Source of the DNA: Candidatus Limnocylindria bacterium
GTDB lineage: Bacteria; Chloroflexota; Limnocylindria; QHBO01
Direction of reading: 5' to 3'
DNA: 41,794 bases
Assembly: GCA_051000335.1 (NCBI GenBank)
Contig: JBPCOK010000090.1
Coordinates: forward strand, 1 to 41,794
Shown piece by piece: positions 17,304 to 27,032 of the stretch (its first letter is position 1; each line of letters opens with the position of its first letter). A model generated the notes under the pieces. It was not told where the DNA came from. It did not search any database and was given only the letters and a program-made list of their open reading frames with translations. Position numbers and translations under genes: made by a program.

Positions 17304-17753
17304 TCAGCCGCCGGGCCAGCCGATCGCGTCGCAGATCGGGTCCGCGGCCTGGCGGAACTCAACATGATCATCCGCGCTCTCGGGGAAGTCGAGCTCGTCC
17401 CATGCGTCCTCGAGGGCGCTGACACCAGTCTCGCCGACGAGAACCCGATTGATGAGAAGGGCGGGATCGCCGGGCCAGTACTCGGCATCGTCTGCCCAGC
17501 GGCAGACTGTATCCATGAGGTCCTGCTGATCAACTGTGAGGTCGGCCAAGGCAAGGGTCGATGCGCTCGGTGACGGAGGTGCCGTCGGCTGCGGAGGGGC
17601 CGTTGGGGTGGGCGAGCTCACAACGGTCGCGGTGGCTGTCGGATCAGTCGTCGGCTCGGAGGTGGTCGTCGTTTGCGCAGCACAGGCGGATACGAGCAGC
17701 AGGACCGCGACGAGCAGGAGCGGGAGACGGCAGGACATCGGAGGGCGCCTCAT
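17304..17753 (-). CDS. Small lipoprotein of unknown function
   Basis: Lipobox LVSAC, Thr/Pro linker, small C-terminal domain with two Cys. Start is 17753 or 17738. Confidence 0.6.
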   Translation of the reverse strand: MRRPPMSCRLPLLLVAVLLLVSACAAQTTTTSEPTTDPTATATVVSSPTPTAPPQPTAPPSPSASTLALADLTVDQQDLMDTVCRWADDAEYWPGDPALLINRVLVGETGVSALEDAWDELDFPESADDHVEFRQAADPICDAIGWPGG

Positions 17754-17827
17754 TGCATCAGAGCGAATGGACCGCCGTGACTTTCGGCGCGGCAAGCGAG
17801 TTATGGCGACGGGGTCCAGCTCAGGGG

Positions 17828-18526
17828 TCACGAGCCCGTCCCCGATGCACGCTCCTCGAGCAGCTTCGCCAGGTCGGTGATCAACTTGAACGTGGCCTCC
17901 CGATCGTCGACGCCGCTCCACAGCATGTTCACGACCACATCGCCCTCGACGAACATGACCAAGTCTGCCTCTCCCCGTGGACCGGCGCAGACGAACGCTG
18001 CGCTCGCCTGCCCGATGGGCGTATCCATCGTCTCGTCGGAACAGACCTCGTACTCCTGCGTCTCTGCCTCGAGGAAGTCGCGGGCACCGTCAGCCGTTTC
18101 GAACACGCGTGCCTGACTCCCGAGCAACTCGCCCGAGCCGTCAGCAGCCTCGAAGGTGCGCGAGTGACCGCCCATGAAGCCGAACGACTCGAGAGCGGCG
18201 CGGCGCGGCGGCCCCTCCTCCGGACCGTAGAGCTCCTCCTCCGACTCCAGTGTGATCTCCGATTCATCCGTCTGCTGGAACTGCCCGGGAACGTCCTCCA
18301 CCATCAGCACCAGGTCGATCGGCTCGAGGGCCGCCTCGGTTGGTGACGCCGAAGGCGACGGCTCCGGCGTCGGCGACGTGGTGGGATCAGCCGTCGGCGA
18401 AGCGCTGTCGGCAGGCGTGGCGGGAGCGCTCGGGCTCGCGGATGGGGTCGTGCTGCAGGCGGCCAGGCCAAGTGCCGCGGTCGCGCACATCGCGATGAGT
18501 CTGGATCGAATCATGAGCAGTCGCAT
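17828..18526 (-). CDS. Lipoprotein of unknown function
   Basis: Lipobox LAAC, SPT/PEP linker, acidic globular domain. The upstream extension of the track ORF is the shadow of the protease gene. Confidence 0.65.
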   Translation of the reverse strand: MRLLMIRSRLIAMCATAALGLAACSTTPSASPSAPATPADSASPTADPTTSPTPEPSPSASPTEAALEPIDLVLMVEDVPGQFQQTDESEITLESEEELYGPEEGPPRRAALESFGFMGGHSRTFEAADGSGELLGSQARVFETADGARDFLEAETQEYEVCSDETMDTPIGQASAAFVCAGPRGEADLVMFVEGDVVVNMLWSGVDDREATFKLITDLAKLLEERASGTGS

Positions 18527-18623
18527 CCTGACGGGGATCATAGCGGGCCAATCCTGCAGGTGCCGCACAAGCACCAACCGCCCGAGCCGGGTAGGCTGGC
18601 TAACGTTTCCGCAACGGTCCATC

Positions 18624-19799
18624 ATGAATCTGCTCGATCTCGCAGTCCTCCTGTTGCTCGTGGTGGGCATCGTGTCGGGTGCGCGCGCCGGCTTCCTCGG
18701 TCCGGTGCTCGGGCTGGCCGGCGCCGCCATCGGCTTCGGGATTGGGCTCGTGATGGCCACGCTCTTCCGCGAGCAGCTCGCCCAGATCGAGCAGCCAATG
18801 CCGGCCATCGTCACGCTCGTCGGCCTCGCAACCTTCGTGCTGGTCGGTGAGGCAGCCGGGGCGGCGGCCGGTGCCACCATGAGCCTGGGGCTCCACCGCA
18901 GCGGCCTGCGTCCGATCGACGCCGTCGGCGGCGGCGTGGTCGGGGCCGCGCACGTCGCCCTCCTCGTCTGGATCGTGAGCGGGATGCTGGCGGTGGGGAT
19001 GGCGCCGAGCATCGGTGCCGCTGCTCGAGAGTCGATCACGGTGCGCCTGGTGACCGATCGACTCCCGCCGCCGACGATCATCGCCGGACGTCTGCTCACT
19101 CTCCTCGACAGCACGGACGTGCCGCAGCTGTTCGGCGGCCTCGAACCACCGCCGGCCGCGCCCGTCGACCTTCCGGCGGACGCCGAGGCGGCCGCGCTCG
19201 CGCAGTCGGCGCTTGCCAGCACCGCCCGGATCTCGAGCAGCGGCTGCGGCAACGGACTCGCGGTCGGGAGCGGATTCTTCGTCTCGCCGACCGCGATCAT
19301 GACCAACGCCCACGTCGTGGCCGGTGCAACGGAGACCACGATCACCGTGGGCGGCTCGGTTCACGCCGCCACCGTCGTGGCGTTCGATCCGGAGGCCGAC
19401 CTGGCCCTCCTGAACGCGCCGAGCGCCAGCGGTCCGCCCCTCCGGCTGCTCGCGACCGCTCCGCTGCGCGGGTCGACCGGCGTCGCGCTCGGCTATCCGG
19501 GCGGTGGCGATCTCACGGTGACCCCGGCGGCGGTGACCGCCAGCTATCGCATCGCGGGGCCGAGCATCTACGGCGAGGGCGCCGGGGAGCGCAGCGTCGT
19601 CGAGATGACGACCCAGATCCGGCGCGGCAACAGCGGCGGTCCCCTCGTGGTCGAGCCGGGCGTCGTCGGCGGCGTGGTGTTCGGCGCATCGCGCGTGTCA
19701 GCCGACGTTGGCTACGCGATCGGGTCGGATCAGGCCCTCGAGCGCATCGGCCCGTCGATTGGATCGACCGCGCCGGTCGGCACCGGCGCCTGCCTGTAG
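18624..19799 (+). CDS. MarP-like membrane serine protease (CvpA-like TM domain + trypsin domain)
   Basis: MNLLDLAVLL TM start; GSGF, TNAHVVAG (His), DLALL (Asp), GNSGGPL (Ser); Cys pair SSGCG / GACL. Confidence 0.9.
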   Translation: MNLLDLAVLLLLVVGIVSGARAGFLGPVLGLAGAAIGFGIGLVMATLFREQLAQIEQPMPAIVTLVGLATFVLVGEAAGAAAGATMSLGLHRSGLRPIDAVGGGVVGAAHVALLVWIVSGMLAVGMAPSIGAAARESITVRLVTDRLPPPTIIAGRLLTLLDSTDVPQLFGGLEPPPAAPVDLPADAEAAALAQSALASTARISSSGCGNGLAVGSGFFVSPTAIMTNAHVVAGATETTITVGGSVHAATVVAFDPEADLALLNAPSASGPPLRLLATAPLRGSTGVALGYPGGGDLTVTPAAVTASYRIAGPSIYGEGAGERSVVEMTTQIRRGNSGGPLVVEPGVVGGVVFGASRVSADVGYAIGSDQALERIGPSIGSTAPVGTGACL

Positions 19800-19808
19800 G
19801 CTGGCCGC

Positions 19809-20414
19809 ATGCCCTGGGATCGGCACGCCAAGATCGCTTTCATCGGCTCACACTCGGTTCGAAAGTCGAACGCGGTGCATGCGTTCGCTTCCACCGTGGG
19901 CCGCGCCGGACGATCCGTCGAGGTCGGTCGCGAGGTCATCCGGTTCAACCCGCTCGGCCTGAACGAGGGAGCCACCGCCGAGGCTCAGCTCTGGGTGCTC
20001 ATGGCCCAGGTCCAGCAGGAGCTCGAGCTGGCGAGACGCGCCGAGATCCTCGTCACCGACCGCTCGGTGGTCGACAACTTCGCCTACTACCTGCGCGTCA
20101 CCGGGGGCGAGGATCCATACGGCGTCGAAACGCTGATCCGGCGCTGGTCGGCAACGTACGACCTCTCGGTACGCCTTCTGCCGGACGTCGGACTGCTCGC
20201 CGATGGTGTGCGTTCGACGAGTGATGCGTTCCGTGACGAGATCGAGGCGATCCTCGACCGCATCCTGCCCGAGTACCTCGCCCCCGAGCGCTCGATGAGC
20301 ATCGCCGCCAGCCAGGTGACCGCCGACTTCGACTGGTGGGCCGTCGGCGAACGCCTGGCGGGCGTGGTGGGCGAGCCGCTGGTGGAGGGGCAGCTCAGCG
20401 CGCCGCTCAGCTAG
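19809..20414 (+). CDS. AAA_28 / NadR-Ttd14-like P-loop protein
   Basis: KIAFIGSHSVRKS, REVIR, VTDRSVVDNFAY, ADGVRSTS..FRDEIE. Confidence 0.7.
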   Translation: MPWDRHAKIAFIGSHSVRKSNAVHAFASTVGRAGRSVEVGREVIRFNPLGLNEGATAEAQLWVLMAQVQQELELARRAEILVTDRSVVDNFAYYLRVTGGEDPYGVETLIRRWSATYDLSVRLLPDVGLLADGVRSTSDAFRDEIEAILDRILPEYLAPERSMSIAASQVTADFDWWAVGERLAGVVGEPLVEGQLSAPLS

Positions 20415-20422
20415 GCCGCGAC

Positions 20423-21175
20423 TCAGGTCGGCGCGAGCGTCCCCGCGAAGATCTGCCAGGCCAGGGCCGACTTCGCCGTCAGGCTCAGGAGCACGTAGGC
20501 GCGCTCCCCGAAGAGGTAGTCGCGCCACGGGCCGACCTGCCGGTACTGCAGGACCATGTTCAGTGCGAAGGAGTTGAAGAACAGGAAGAGCGACACGAAG
20601 ATCGCGTAGACGAAGGCCGGCGGCTCGGCGGCCGTGGTGGGGCTCCACAGGTAGATGCCGATGAGGACCCACGGCACGGCCCCCGCGATCGAGCCGAAGA
20701 TGAACGGCAGCCACCCCGGTCGCCCCGGTCGCTCATACTTCTCCTGGAGGAGACCGAAGAGGATCATCGAGGCGTTGACGCCGAAGATCGCGCCCAGCGC
20801 CGCCACGTCGGCAATGCCGGTCAGCATGGCGATGAGGACAATCATCAGCGACGAGCTGAATGCGTACTCGATCCAGCGCGCGTAGTTGCGGCCCTCGCCG
20901 AGCTGACGCGCGTAGAAGCCGTACGCCGGCCCACCGACGACGAAATGCGCGATCGCCGAGAGGAACAGGAATGCGGCGATCGCCGGGCCGATCGGCAGCG
21001 TGAAGAGCTCGGTCGTCGTCGCGGGCGACCCCGGCGGACCCTCCATGAATGCCGCGGTCACCGGCAGGGCGAAGTCGTTCGAGAGCACGAGAACCGCGAC
21101 TCCCTGCACTGCGTGTAGCACCCCCATCGCGAGGTTGTACAGACGAAGCCTGCCGACGCGGGCGGTGTCGGTCAT
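20423..21175 (-). CDS. Heliorhodopsin
   Basis: Basic N-terminus, LHAVQG, AHF, NYARWIEYAFSSSLM, FGLLQE, FNSFALN, GERAYVLLSLTAKSALAWQ (retinal-binding Lys in SxxxK); 7 TM. SD GAGGAG. Confidence 0.95.
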   Translation of the reverse strand: MTDTARVGRLRLYNLAMGVLHAVQGVAVLVLSNDFALPVTAAFMEGPPGSPATTTELFTLPIGPAIAAFLFLSAIAHFVVGGPAYGFYARQLGEGRNYARWIEYAFSSSLMIVLIAMLTGIADVAALGAIFGVNASMILFGLLQEKYERPGRPGWLPFIFGSIAGAVPWVLIGIYLWSPTTAAEPPAFVYAIFVSLFLFFNSFALNMVLQYRQVGPWRDYLFGERAYVLLSLTAKSALAWQIFAGTLAPT

Positions 21176-21365
21176 GTCGATCTCCTCTCGGGCAGGAATA
21201 TGGATGGTCCGTCGGATCACCCACCGGTACGGACGGACGAGTCCGCCGCATGATCCGACATCGGCCTCGACGCGACCGGTAGACTGGGTCACACCTATTC
21301 GGCCCGAGTGAATCACTCGCGGCGGCGACCGGAGGGAGCCGTCGCCACGAACCGAGGAGGATCCG

Positions 21366-22373
21366 ATGTCCATGTCATTCGGTCGCCACCGAGCGGCCGC
21401 TGCCCTGCTGCTGGGCGCGCTCTTCGCGCTGTCAGCCTGCACCGCGATCGATGGCGGTGACTCATCGAATGCCCCGGATGCCACTGCCGGTGGCGGCGGC
21501 GGAGGCCAGCTCGTCATCGCCACCGGCGGCACCGGCGGCGTGTACTACCCGCTGGGCGGCGGGCTCGCCAACGTCATCGGCGATAACGTCGAGGGAACCA
21601 CCGCGACGATCTCCGAGACGAACGCATCGGTCGACAACATGCTCCTCATCCAGGACGGCGGGGCAGACATCGCGTTCGTGCTGGGCGATACCGCGTCGGA
21701 CGCCGTCGCCGGGGCAGGTGCCGACTTCGACGGCAACCCGGTCGACGCCTGCGCCCTGGGGGCGCTGTACAACAACTTCACCCAGCTCGTCGCGAGCGCC
21801 GATGCCGGCGTCGCCAGCGTCAACGACCTGGCGGGCAAACGCGTCAGCCTGGGATCCCCGGGCAGCGGGACCGAGGTCATCGGACTGCGCATTCTCGAGG
21901 CGGCCGGGATCGATCCCGACGCTGACATCGAGCGGGCGCAGCTGGGCGTGGCCGAGACAGTCGAGGCCCTCCGCGACGGGACGATCGATGCCGGATTCTG
22001 GTCCGGCGGTCTGCCGACCGGCGCCCTGGTCGACTACGCGTCCACCGGGAACATGGTCCTCGTGCCGACGGGCGAGTACGCGTCCGCCATGGCCGATGCC
22101 TACGGCGAGTACTACCTCGAGGACGCGATCCCCACGGACACGTACGAGGGCATGGACGGAGACGTCTCCACCGTGGTCGTCCCCAACGTCCTCGTCGTGA
22201 ACACCTCCATGGACGAGCAGCTGCAGCGGGACATTACCGCCGTGCTCTTCGAGCAGAAGGATGCACTGGTCGACGTGCATCCCGCCGCGAATGCGTTCGA
22301 CCCTGCGGTCGCCCAGGACGTCACGTTCATCGACCTGTGCCCGGGGGCGCAGGCGTACTACGACGAGGGCTGA
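21366..22373 (+). CDS. TAXI-family TRAP transporter solute-binding lipoprotein
   Basis: Lipobox LSAC, IATGGTGGVYYPLG, ASVDN, LAGKRVSLGSPGSGTE, LCPGAQAYY. Confidence 0.92.
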   Translation: MSMSFGRHRAAAALLLGALFALSACTAIDGGDSSNAPDATAGGGGGGQLVIATGGTGGVYYPLGGGLANVIGDNVEGTTATISETNASVDNMLLIQDGGADIAFVLGDTASDAVAGAGADFDGNPVDACALGALYNNFTQLVASADAGVASVNDLAGKRVSLGSPGSGTEVIGLRILEAAGIDPDADIERAQLGVAETVEALRDGTIDAGFWSGGLPTGALVDYASTGNMVLVPTGEYASAMADAYGEYYLEDAIPTDTYEGMDGDVSTVVVPNVLVVNTSMDEQLQRDITAVLFEQKDALVDVHPAANAFDPAVAQDVTFIDLCPGAQAYYDEG

Positions 22374-22377
22374 CCTC

Positions 22378-22878
22378 GTGCAGGCTCAATGGCGGGGACG
22401 GATCGCCGTCCTCGCCATTGGCCTCGCAATCATCGCCATCCTCGGGATGGCGGGGGCGACGGGCCTCGGGCGATCAGGACCTGCGTTGCTGATCTCCCGA
22501 CCGGACGGCGCCCTGCTCGCGCGTGTGCCGCTCCCGCCCGACGGTTCGTTCAGCCTGCGCTATCGGAACTCGCTGTATGGCTCACTGGCCGAGGAGCGCT
22601 TCGTCATCGGGGACGCGGGTCGCCTGGACCTTGTCGAGCTCCAGGCCGATGAGCTTGCGGTGCTGGAGGAGTACTACGCCATCGACGAGGCGGCGGTGCC
22701 GTCCGATGGCCGCTCGTGGGCTGCGCCGCCGGCGCATCGGCCGACGATCCACCGGCTGCGTGTCGCCGCCACCGACCTCGGGGAGCGAACGCTGCTCGTC
22801 GCGGGGCGGGAGCCACTCGAGCTGTGGCGCCTCGTGGACGATGCCGAGCCGTCCGTCATCCTCGAGCTCGACGGATGA
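22378..22878 (+). CDS. DUF1850-like protein
   Basis: FSLRYRNSLYGSLAEERF; typical position between TAXI SBP and permease. Confidence 0.7.
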   Translation: MQAQWRGRIAVLAIGLAIIAILGMAGATGLGRSGPALLISRPDGALLARVPLPPDGSFSLRYRNSLYGSLAEERFVIGDAGRLDLVELQADELAVLEEYYAIDEAAVPSDGRSWAAPPAHRPTIHRLRVAATDLGERTLLVAGREPLELWRLVDDAEPSVILELDG

Positions 22879-24842
22879 CTGCACCGGGAAACGAGGAGCC
22901 GGTCCTCGACGAGCAGGCCCTCATCGCCGAATACGAGGCGGAACGCCCGGCGCGGTCGCTCTCGGGGCGGTCACTCATGGCCGTCCAGGTCATCGGTGTC
23001 GCCCTCTCGCTGCTCGCGCTGTGGTGGGTCTTCCAGCCGATCGCGAAGCAACTCTACCTGCCCCTCTTTCTTGCCCTGGCGCTTCCGCTCACCTTCTTGG
23101 TCTACCGAGGGTGGGGACGCTCGGACGCCAACCGGGACGAAGAGCATCCCGACAACCCGGGGATCGTCGATTGGGCCCTGGCCATCGCCAGTGTGATTCC
23201 ACTCGCCTATATCGCGCTCGAGTGGCAGAGCTTCTTCCGTCGCTCCGCCCGACCAACCGATCTCGACATCCTGATGGCAACCATCCTGGCGGTCGTCATT
23301 TTCGAGGCGGCACGCCGGACGGTGGGCTGGATCGTTCCGGTGATCGTGGCCGGATTCCTGGCGTATGCCTACCTTGGCCCCCTCTTCCCGGAGCCGTTCA
23401 CCACGGCGAGCAGGACGTGGCCGCGGCTGATGGGCCACAACGTCATGAGCACGTCGGGTGTGTTCGGCATCCCGCTCGATGTCGCCGCCACGTACATCGT
23501 CCTCTTCACGATCTACGGGGCGGTGCTCGAATTCTCCGGCGCCAGCAAGTTCTTCCTCGACCTCTCGTTCGCCGCGTTCGGGCAGTCGCGGGCCGGACCG
23601 GGACGCACCGTGACGCTCGCCGGGTTCCTGCTCGGCACCGTCTCGGGCTCCGGCGTGGCCACGACCGTGACGCTCGGCGGCGTCTCGTGGCCCATCCTGA
23701 AGCGCGCGGGATACCCGAAGGAGGAGGCGGGTGGCGTGCTTGCCGCGGCCGGCATCGGCGCAATCCTGTCGCCGCCGACCCTCGGTGCCGCAGCCTTCCT
23801 CATCGCTGAGCTGCTCAACGTCTCCTACCTGACGGTCCTCGTCTGGGCCACGGTGCCGACCCTGCTCTACTACCTGGGAGTCGTCCTGGCGATCGAGATG
23901 GACGCCCGCCGGTATCGAACTCAGGCGGTGCAGATCGAAACGCCACCGGCCAGCCGGCTTCTGCTCCGATATGGGTACCACTTCAGCTCGCTGATCGCGA
24001 TCGTGGTGTTTCTGGCGCTCGGCATGACAGCCTTCCGTGCCGTCGTCCTCGCCACGGCACTCCAGTTCGCGTTCGCGTTCCTCGAACGATCGACGTGGTG
24101 GACCCCGCGGCGGGTGTGGGAGGCGCTGGCCATGGGCGCGACCGGCGTGCTGTCGGTGACCGCCGTCATGGCCATCGCCGGGTTCATCGTCGGCGTCATG
24201 ACGCTCACCGGGCTCGGCTTCAACCTGGCGAACATCATCGTGGACATCGCCGGGGGGAATCTGCTCCTGACCGCGTTCTTCTCGGCGGTCGCCGTGCTGC
24301 TGCTCGGCTTGGCGGTCCCGGTCACCGCAAGCTTCATCATCGCCTACGCGATCATCAAGCCGGCGCTCGAGCAGCTCGGCGTGCCGGACTATGCTGCGGC
24401 GATGTTCATCTTCTACTACGCGGTGCTGTCCGAAGTCTCGCCGCCAACCGCGCTCAGCCCGTTCGCTGCCAGCGCGATCACGGGCGGCAAGCCGGTGAAG
24501 ACGATGTGGCTGACCTGGAAGTACACCCTGCCCGCCTTCCTCGTTCCCTTCGTGTTCGTCCTGGCGCGCGAGGGCGAGGGGCTGCTCCTGCAGGGCGACC
24601 CGGCCCGCATCGCCATCGCCATCGCAACCGCATCCGTCGGCATCGCCGGGCTGGCCGTCGCCACCGGGGCGTGGGTCTTCGGGCCGGCGTCGTGGTTCGA
24701 GCGCATCCTGTTCGGCTTCGGTGGGCTGGCACTGATGGTCACCCTGCCGCTGTTCATCGGGGCGGGACTTGCGCTCATGGGCATCGGCATGGTCATCCAC
24801 CTCGTCGGTCGTCGCAACCGACCCGACGTGAGGCCCGCCTGA
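22875..24842 (+). CDS. TRAP transporter fused 4TM/12TM permease
   Basis: GVFGIPLDVAATYIVLF, GTVSGSGVA, PPTLGAAAFL, LGLAVPVTASFI, FYYAVLSEVSPP. ATGA overlap with the upstream gene. Confidence 0.92.
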   Translation: MTAPGNEEPVLDEQALIAEYEAERPARSLSGRSLMAVQVIGVALSLLALWWVFQPIAKQLYLPLFLALALPLTFLVYRGWGRSDANRDEEHPDNPGIVDWALAIASVIPLAYIALEWQSFFRRSARPTDLDILMATILAVVIFEAARRTVGWIVPVIVAGFLAYAYLGPLFPEPFTTASRTWPRLMGHNVMSTSGVFGIPLDVAATYIVLFTIYGAVLEFSGASKFFLDLSFAAFGQSRAGPGRTVTLAGFLLGTVSGSGVATTVTLGGVSWPILKRAGYPKEEAGGVLAAAGIGAILSPPTLGAAAFLIAELLNVSYLTVLVWATVPTLLYYLGVVLAIEMDARRYRTQAVQIETPPASRLLLRYGYHFSSLIAIVVFLALGMTAFRAVVLATALQFAFAFLERSTWWTPRRVWEALAMGATGVLSVTAVMAIAGFIVGVMTLTGLGFNLANIIVDIAGGNLLLTAFFSAVAVLLLGLAVPVTASFIIAYAIIKPALEQLGVPDYAAAMFIFYYAVLSEVSPPTALSPFAASAITGGKPVKTMWLTWKYTLPAFLVPFVFVLAREGEGLLLQGDPARIAIAIATASVGIAGLAVATGAWVFGPASWFERILFGFGGLALMVTLPLFIGAGLALMGIGMVIHLVGRRNRPDVRPA

Positions 24843-25627
24843 TGGACCTCGGGATTGCGGGACGCGCGGCGGTCGTGGGCGGGGCGACGTCTGGGCTGGG
24901 TCGCGCATCGGCCGAGGCGCTGGCGGCCGAAGGGTGCCACCTCCTGATCTGGTCGCGCGACACCGACGCGCTCGCCTCCACCGCCGATGAGCTGCGGTCA
25001 GCCCACGGGATCGAGGTCGGCACCGTGGCCGCCGATGCGACCGATCCGGCATCGGCTCGCGTGGTCGGCGAGGCCGCAACGGCGTTTCGCCCGATCGACA
25101 TCCTGGTCTCGAACGCCGGGGGCCCGCCGACGGTCGACCCGACCGCGACCGATGCCGAGGGGTGGCAGCGCGCGTTCCAGCTCCTGGCGGGAACGCCGAT
25201 CGATCTCGCGACACGGCTGCTGCCCGGCATGCGGGAGCGCGGGTGGGGCCGGATCGTCGCCATCCTGTCGAGCGGCATCAGGCAGCCGATCCCCGAGCTC
25301 GTGTATTCGAACGCGGGCCGATCGGCCCTCGCGGCGTGGCTCAAGACGACGTCGCGCGCGGTCGCGGTGGACGGTGTCACGGTCAATGGCGTCCTGCCGG
25401 GACGGATCGCGACGCCCCGCGTCCACGAGCTCGACTCGGGCCGCGCTGAGCGCGAGGGAAGCACCGAGGACGCCGTGCGCACGGCGCATCTCGCGACGAT
25501 TCCCGCGGCGCGCTACGGCGAGCCGGCGGAGCTCGGGGTGCTCGTGACGTTCCTGGCATCGACGCGCGCGTCGTACGTGACCGGCCAGTTCATCGCCGTG
25601 GACGGGGGTCTCCTCTCGGCACTGTAG
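24842..25627 (+). CDS. SDR family oxidoreductase (atypical BKR-like)
   Basis: GATSGLG, NAGGPP, GWGRIV, SNAGR in place of YxxxK, VNGVLPG, YVTGQFIAVDGG. Confidence 0.88.
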   Translation: MDLGIAGRAAVVGGATSGLGRASAEALAAEGCHLLIWSRDTDALASTADELRSAHGIEVGTVAADATDPASARVVGEAATAFRPIDILVSNAGGPPTVDPTATDAEGWQRAFQLLAGTPIDLATRLLPGMRERGWGRIVAILSSGIRQPIPELVYSNAGRSALAAWLKTTSRAVAVDGVTVNGVLPGRIATPRVHELDSGRAEREGSTEDAVRTAHLATIPAARYGEPAELGVLVTFLASTRASYVTGQFIAVDGGLLSAL

Positions 25628-25636
25628 GATCGGCGC

Positions 25637-27025
25637 ATGGATGATTCTCTGCGTCGAGCCGCCGAGCTCGCGATCGCATTCCGCGAAGGCCTGGGCGAGC
25701 GCCGCGTCGGCGCGACTGCCACCCGGGACACCCTGATGGAGGGACTCGGCGGGGAGCTGCCACGGGACGGACAGGACCCGGTGAAGGTCATCGAGCAGCT
25801 TGCGGCCGCCTCGGAACCCGGGCTGATCGCGATGGCGGGACCACGCTATTTCGGCTTCGTGATCGGCGGGTCATTGCCGTCGACGGTGGCCGCCGATTGG
25901 CTGACCAGCGCGTGGGACCAGAACGCCGGCATCTACCAGGCCGGACCGGCCGCGTCGGTGGTGGAGGAGGTGGCGGCGGGCTGGTTGCTCGAGCTGCTGG
26001 ACCTTCCGGCGACCGCCAGCGTCGGCTTCGTGACCGGAGCCCAGATGGCGAACTTCACCTGCCTGGCTGCGGCCCGTCATGCCGTGCTGGCCCGAGCCGG
26101 GTGGGACGTCGAGGCCGATGGGTTGCGTGACGCTCCCGCGATCAACGTCGTGATCGGCAATGAGGCGCATGCCACGGTGCTGACCGCGCTCGGATACCTG
26201 GGCCTCGGTCGCGAGCGCGTGATCCGGATCCCGACCGACGACCAGGGACGCATGCGCGCCGACGACCTGGAACAGCGGCTGGCACGGACGTCGGGACCGA
26301 CGATCGTGTGCCTCCAGGCCGGCAACGTGAACACCGGTGCCTTCGACCCGGCGACGCGCGCGATCGAGATCGTGCGCGGGCACGAGGGTGCCTGGATCCA
26401 CGTCGATGCGGCCTTCGGCCTGTGGGCTCGCGCCAGCCGGCAGCTGGCGGCCGCCGCCGCAGGCTTCGAGGGAGCCGACTCGTGGGCGGTCGATGGGCAC
26501 AAGTGGCTCAACGTCCCGTACGACAGCGGGTTCGCGATCGTGGCCGATCCGGCGGCCCACGCGGCCGCGATGGCGCCTGCGTCCGGTGCCTACATCCAGT
26601 ACGCCACCGCCGAACGCGATCCCTTCAACTTCGTGCCCGAGTACTCCCGCCGCGCGCGCGGCTTCGCGACGTGGACGGCCATCCGGACGCTCGGCGCGGA
26701 CGGAATCGAGGCCATGGTCGAACGATGCTGCGAGGTGGCCCGTCACATTGCGGCGCGGCTGGCCGCCGCGGACGGCGTCGAGATCCTCAACGAGGTCGTC
26801 CTGAACCAGGTCCTCGTGCGCTTCCATCACGGCCACGGTGGAGACGCCGACGCGCACACCCGTGACATCGTGGCCCGCATCCAGGCCGACGGAACCGCGT
26901 GGCTCGGCGCCACGACATGGCATGGGATGGCGGCCATGCGCATCAGCGTCAGCAACTGGTCAACCAGCCTGGCGGATGCGAATCGGGCCGTCGACATGAT
27001 CCTGCAATGTGCTGCCGACGCGTGA
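25637..27025 (+). CDS. Group II PLP-dependent amino acid decarboxylase
   Basis: PRYFGFVIGG, AWDQNAG, HVDAAFG, VDGHKWLNVPYDSG (PLP Lys), SRRARG. Confidence 0.9.
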   Translation: MDDSLRRAAELAIAFREGLGERRVGATATRDTLMEGLGGELPRDGQDPVKVIEQLAAASEPGLIAMAGPRYFGFVIGGSLPSTVAADWLTSAWDQNAGIYQAGPAASVVEEVAAGWLLELLDLPATASVGFVTGAQMANFTCLAAARHAVLARAGWDVEADGLRDAPAINVVIGNEAHATVLTALGYLGLGRERVIRIPTDDQGRMRADDLEQRLARTSGPTIVCLQAGNVNTGAFDPATRAIEIVRGHEGAWIHVDAAFGLWARASRQLAAAAAGFEGADSWAVDGHKWLNVPYDSGFAIVADPAAHAAAMAPASGAYIQYATAERDPFNFVPEYSRRARGFATWTAIRTLGADGIEAMVERCCEVARHIAARLAAADGVEILNEVVLNQVLVRFHHGHGGDADAHTRDIVARIQADGTAWLGATTWHGMAAMRISVSNWSTSLADANRAVDMILQCAADA

Positions 27026-27032
27026 GCTGAGC

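Noticed and set aside
20423-21175. Type-1 proton-pumping rhodopsin
   Set aside because: Lacks RYxDW and DxxxK; has the heliorhodopsin RWxEY and SxxxK motifs.
22971-25214. 747-aa minus-strand ORF and similar long ORFs (1283-2545, 3417-4913, 6374-7975, 11065-12774, 26827-28584, 37191-38723)
   Set aside because: Arg/Gly/His-rich shadow or off-frame translations of well-supported genes, expected at high GC.
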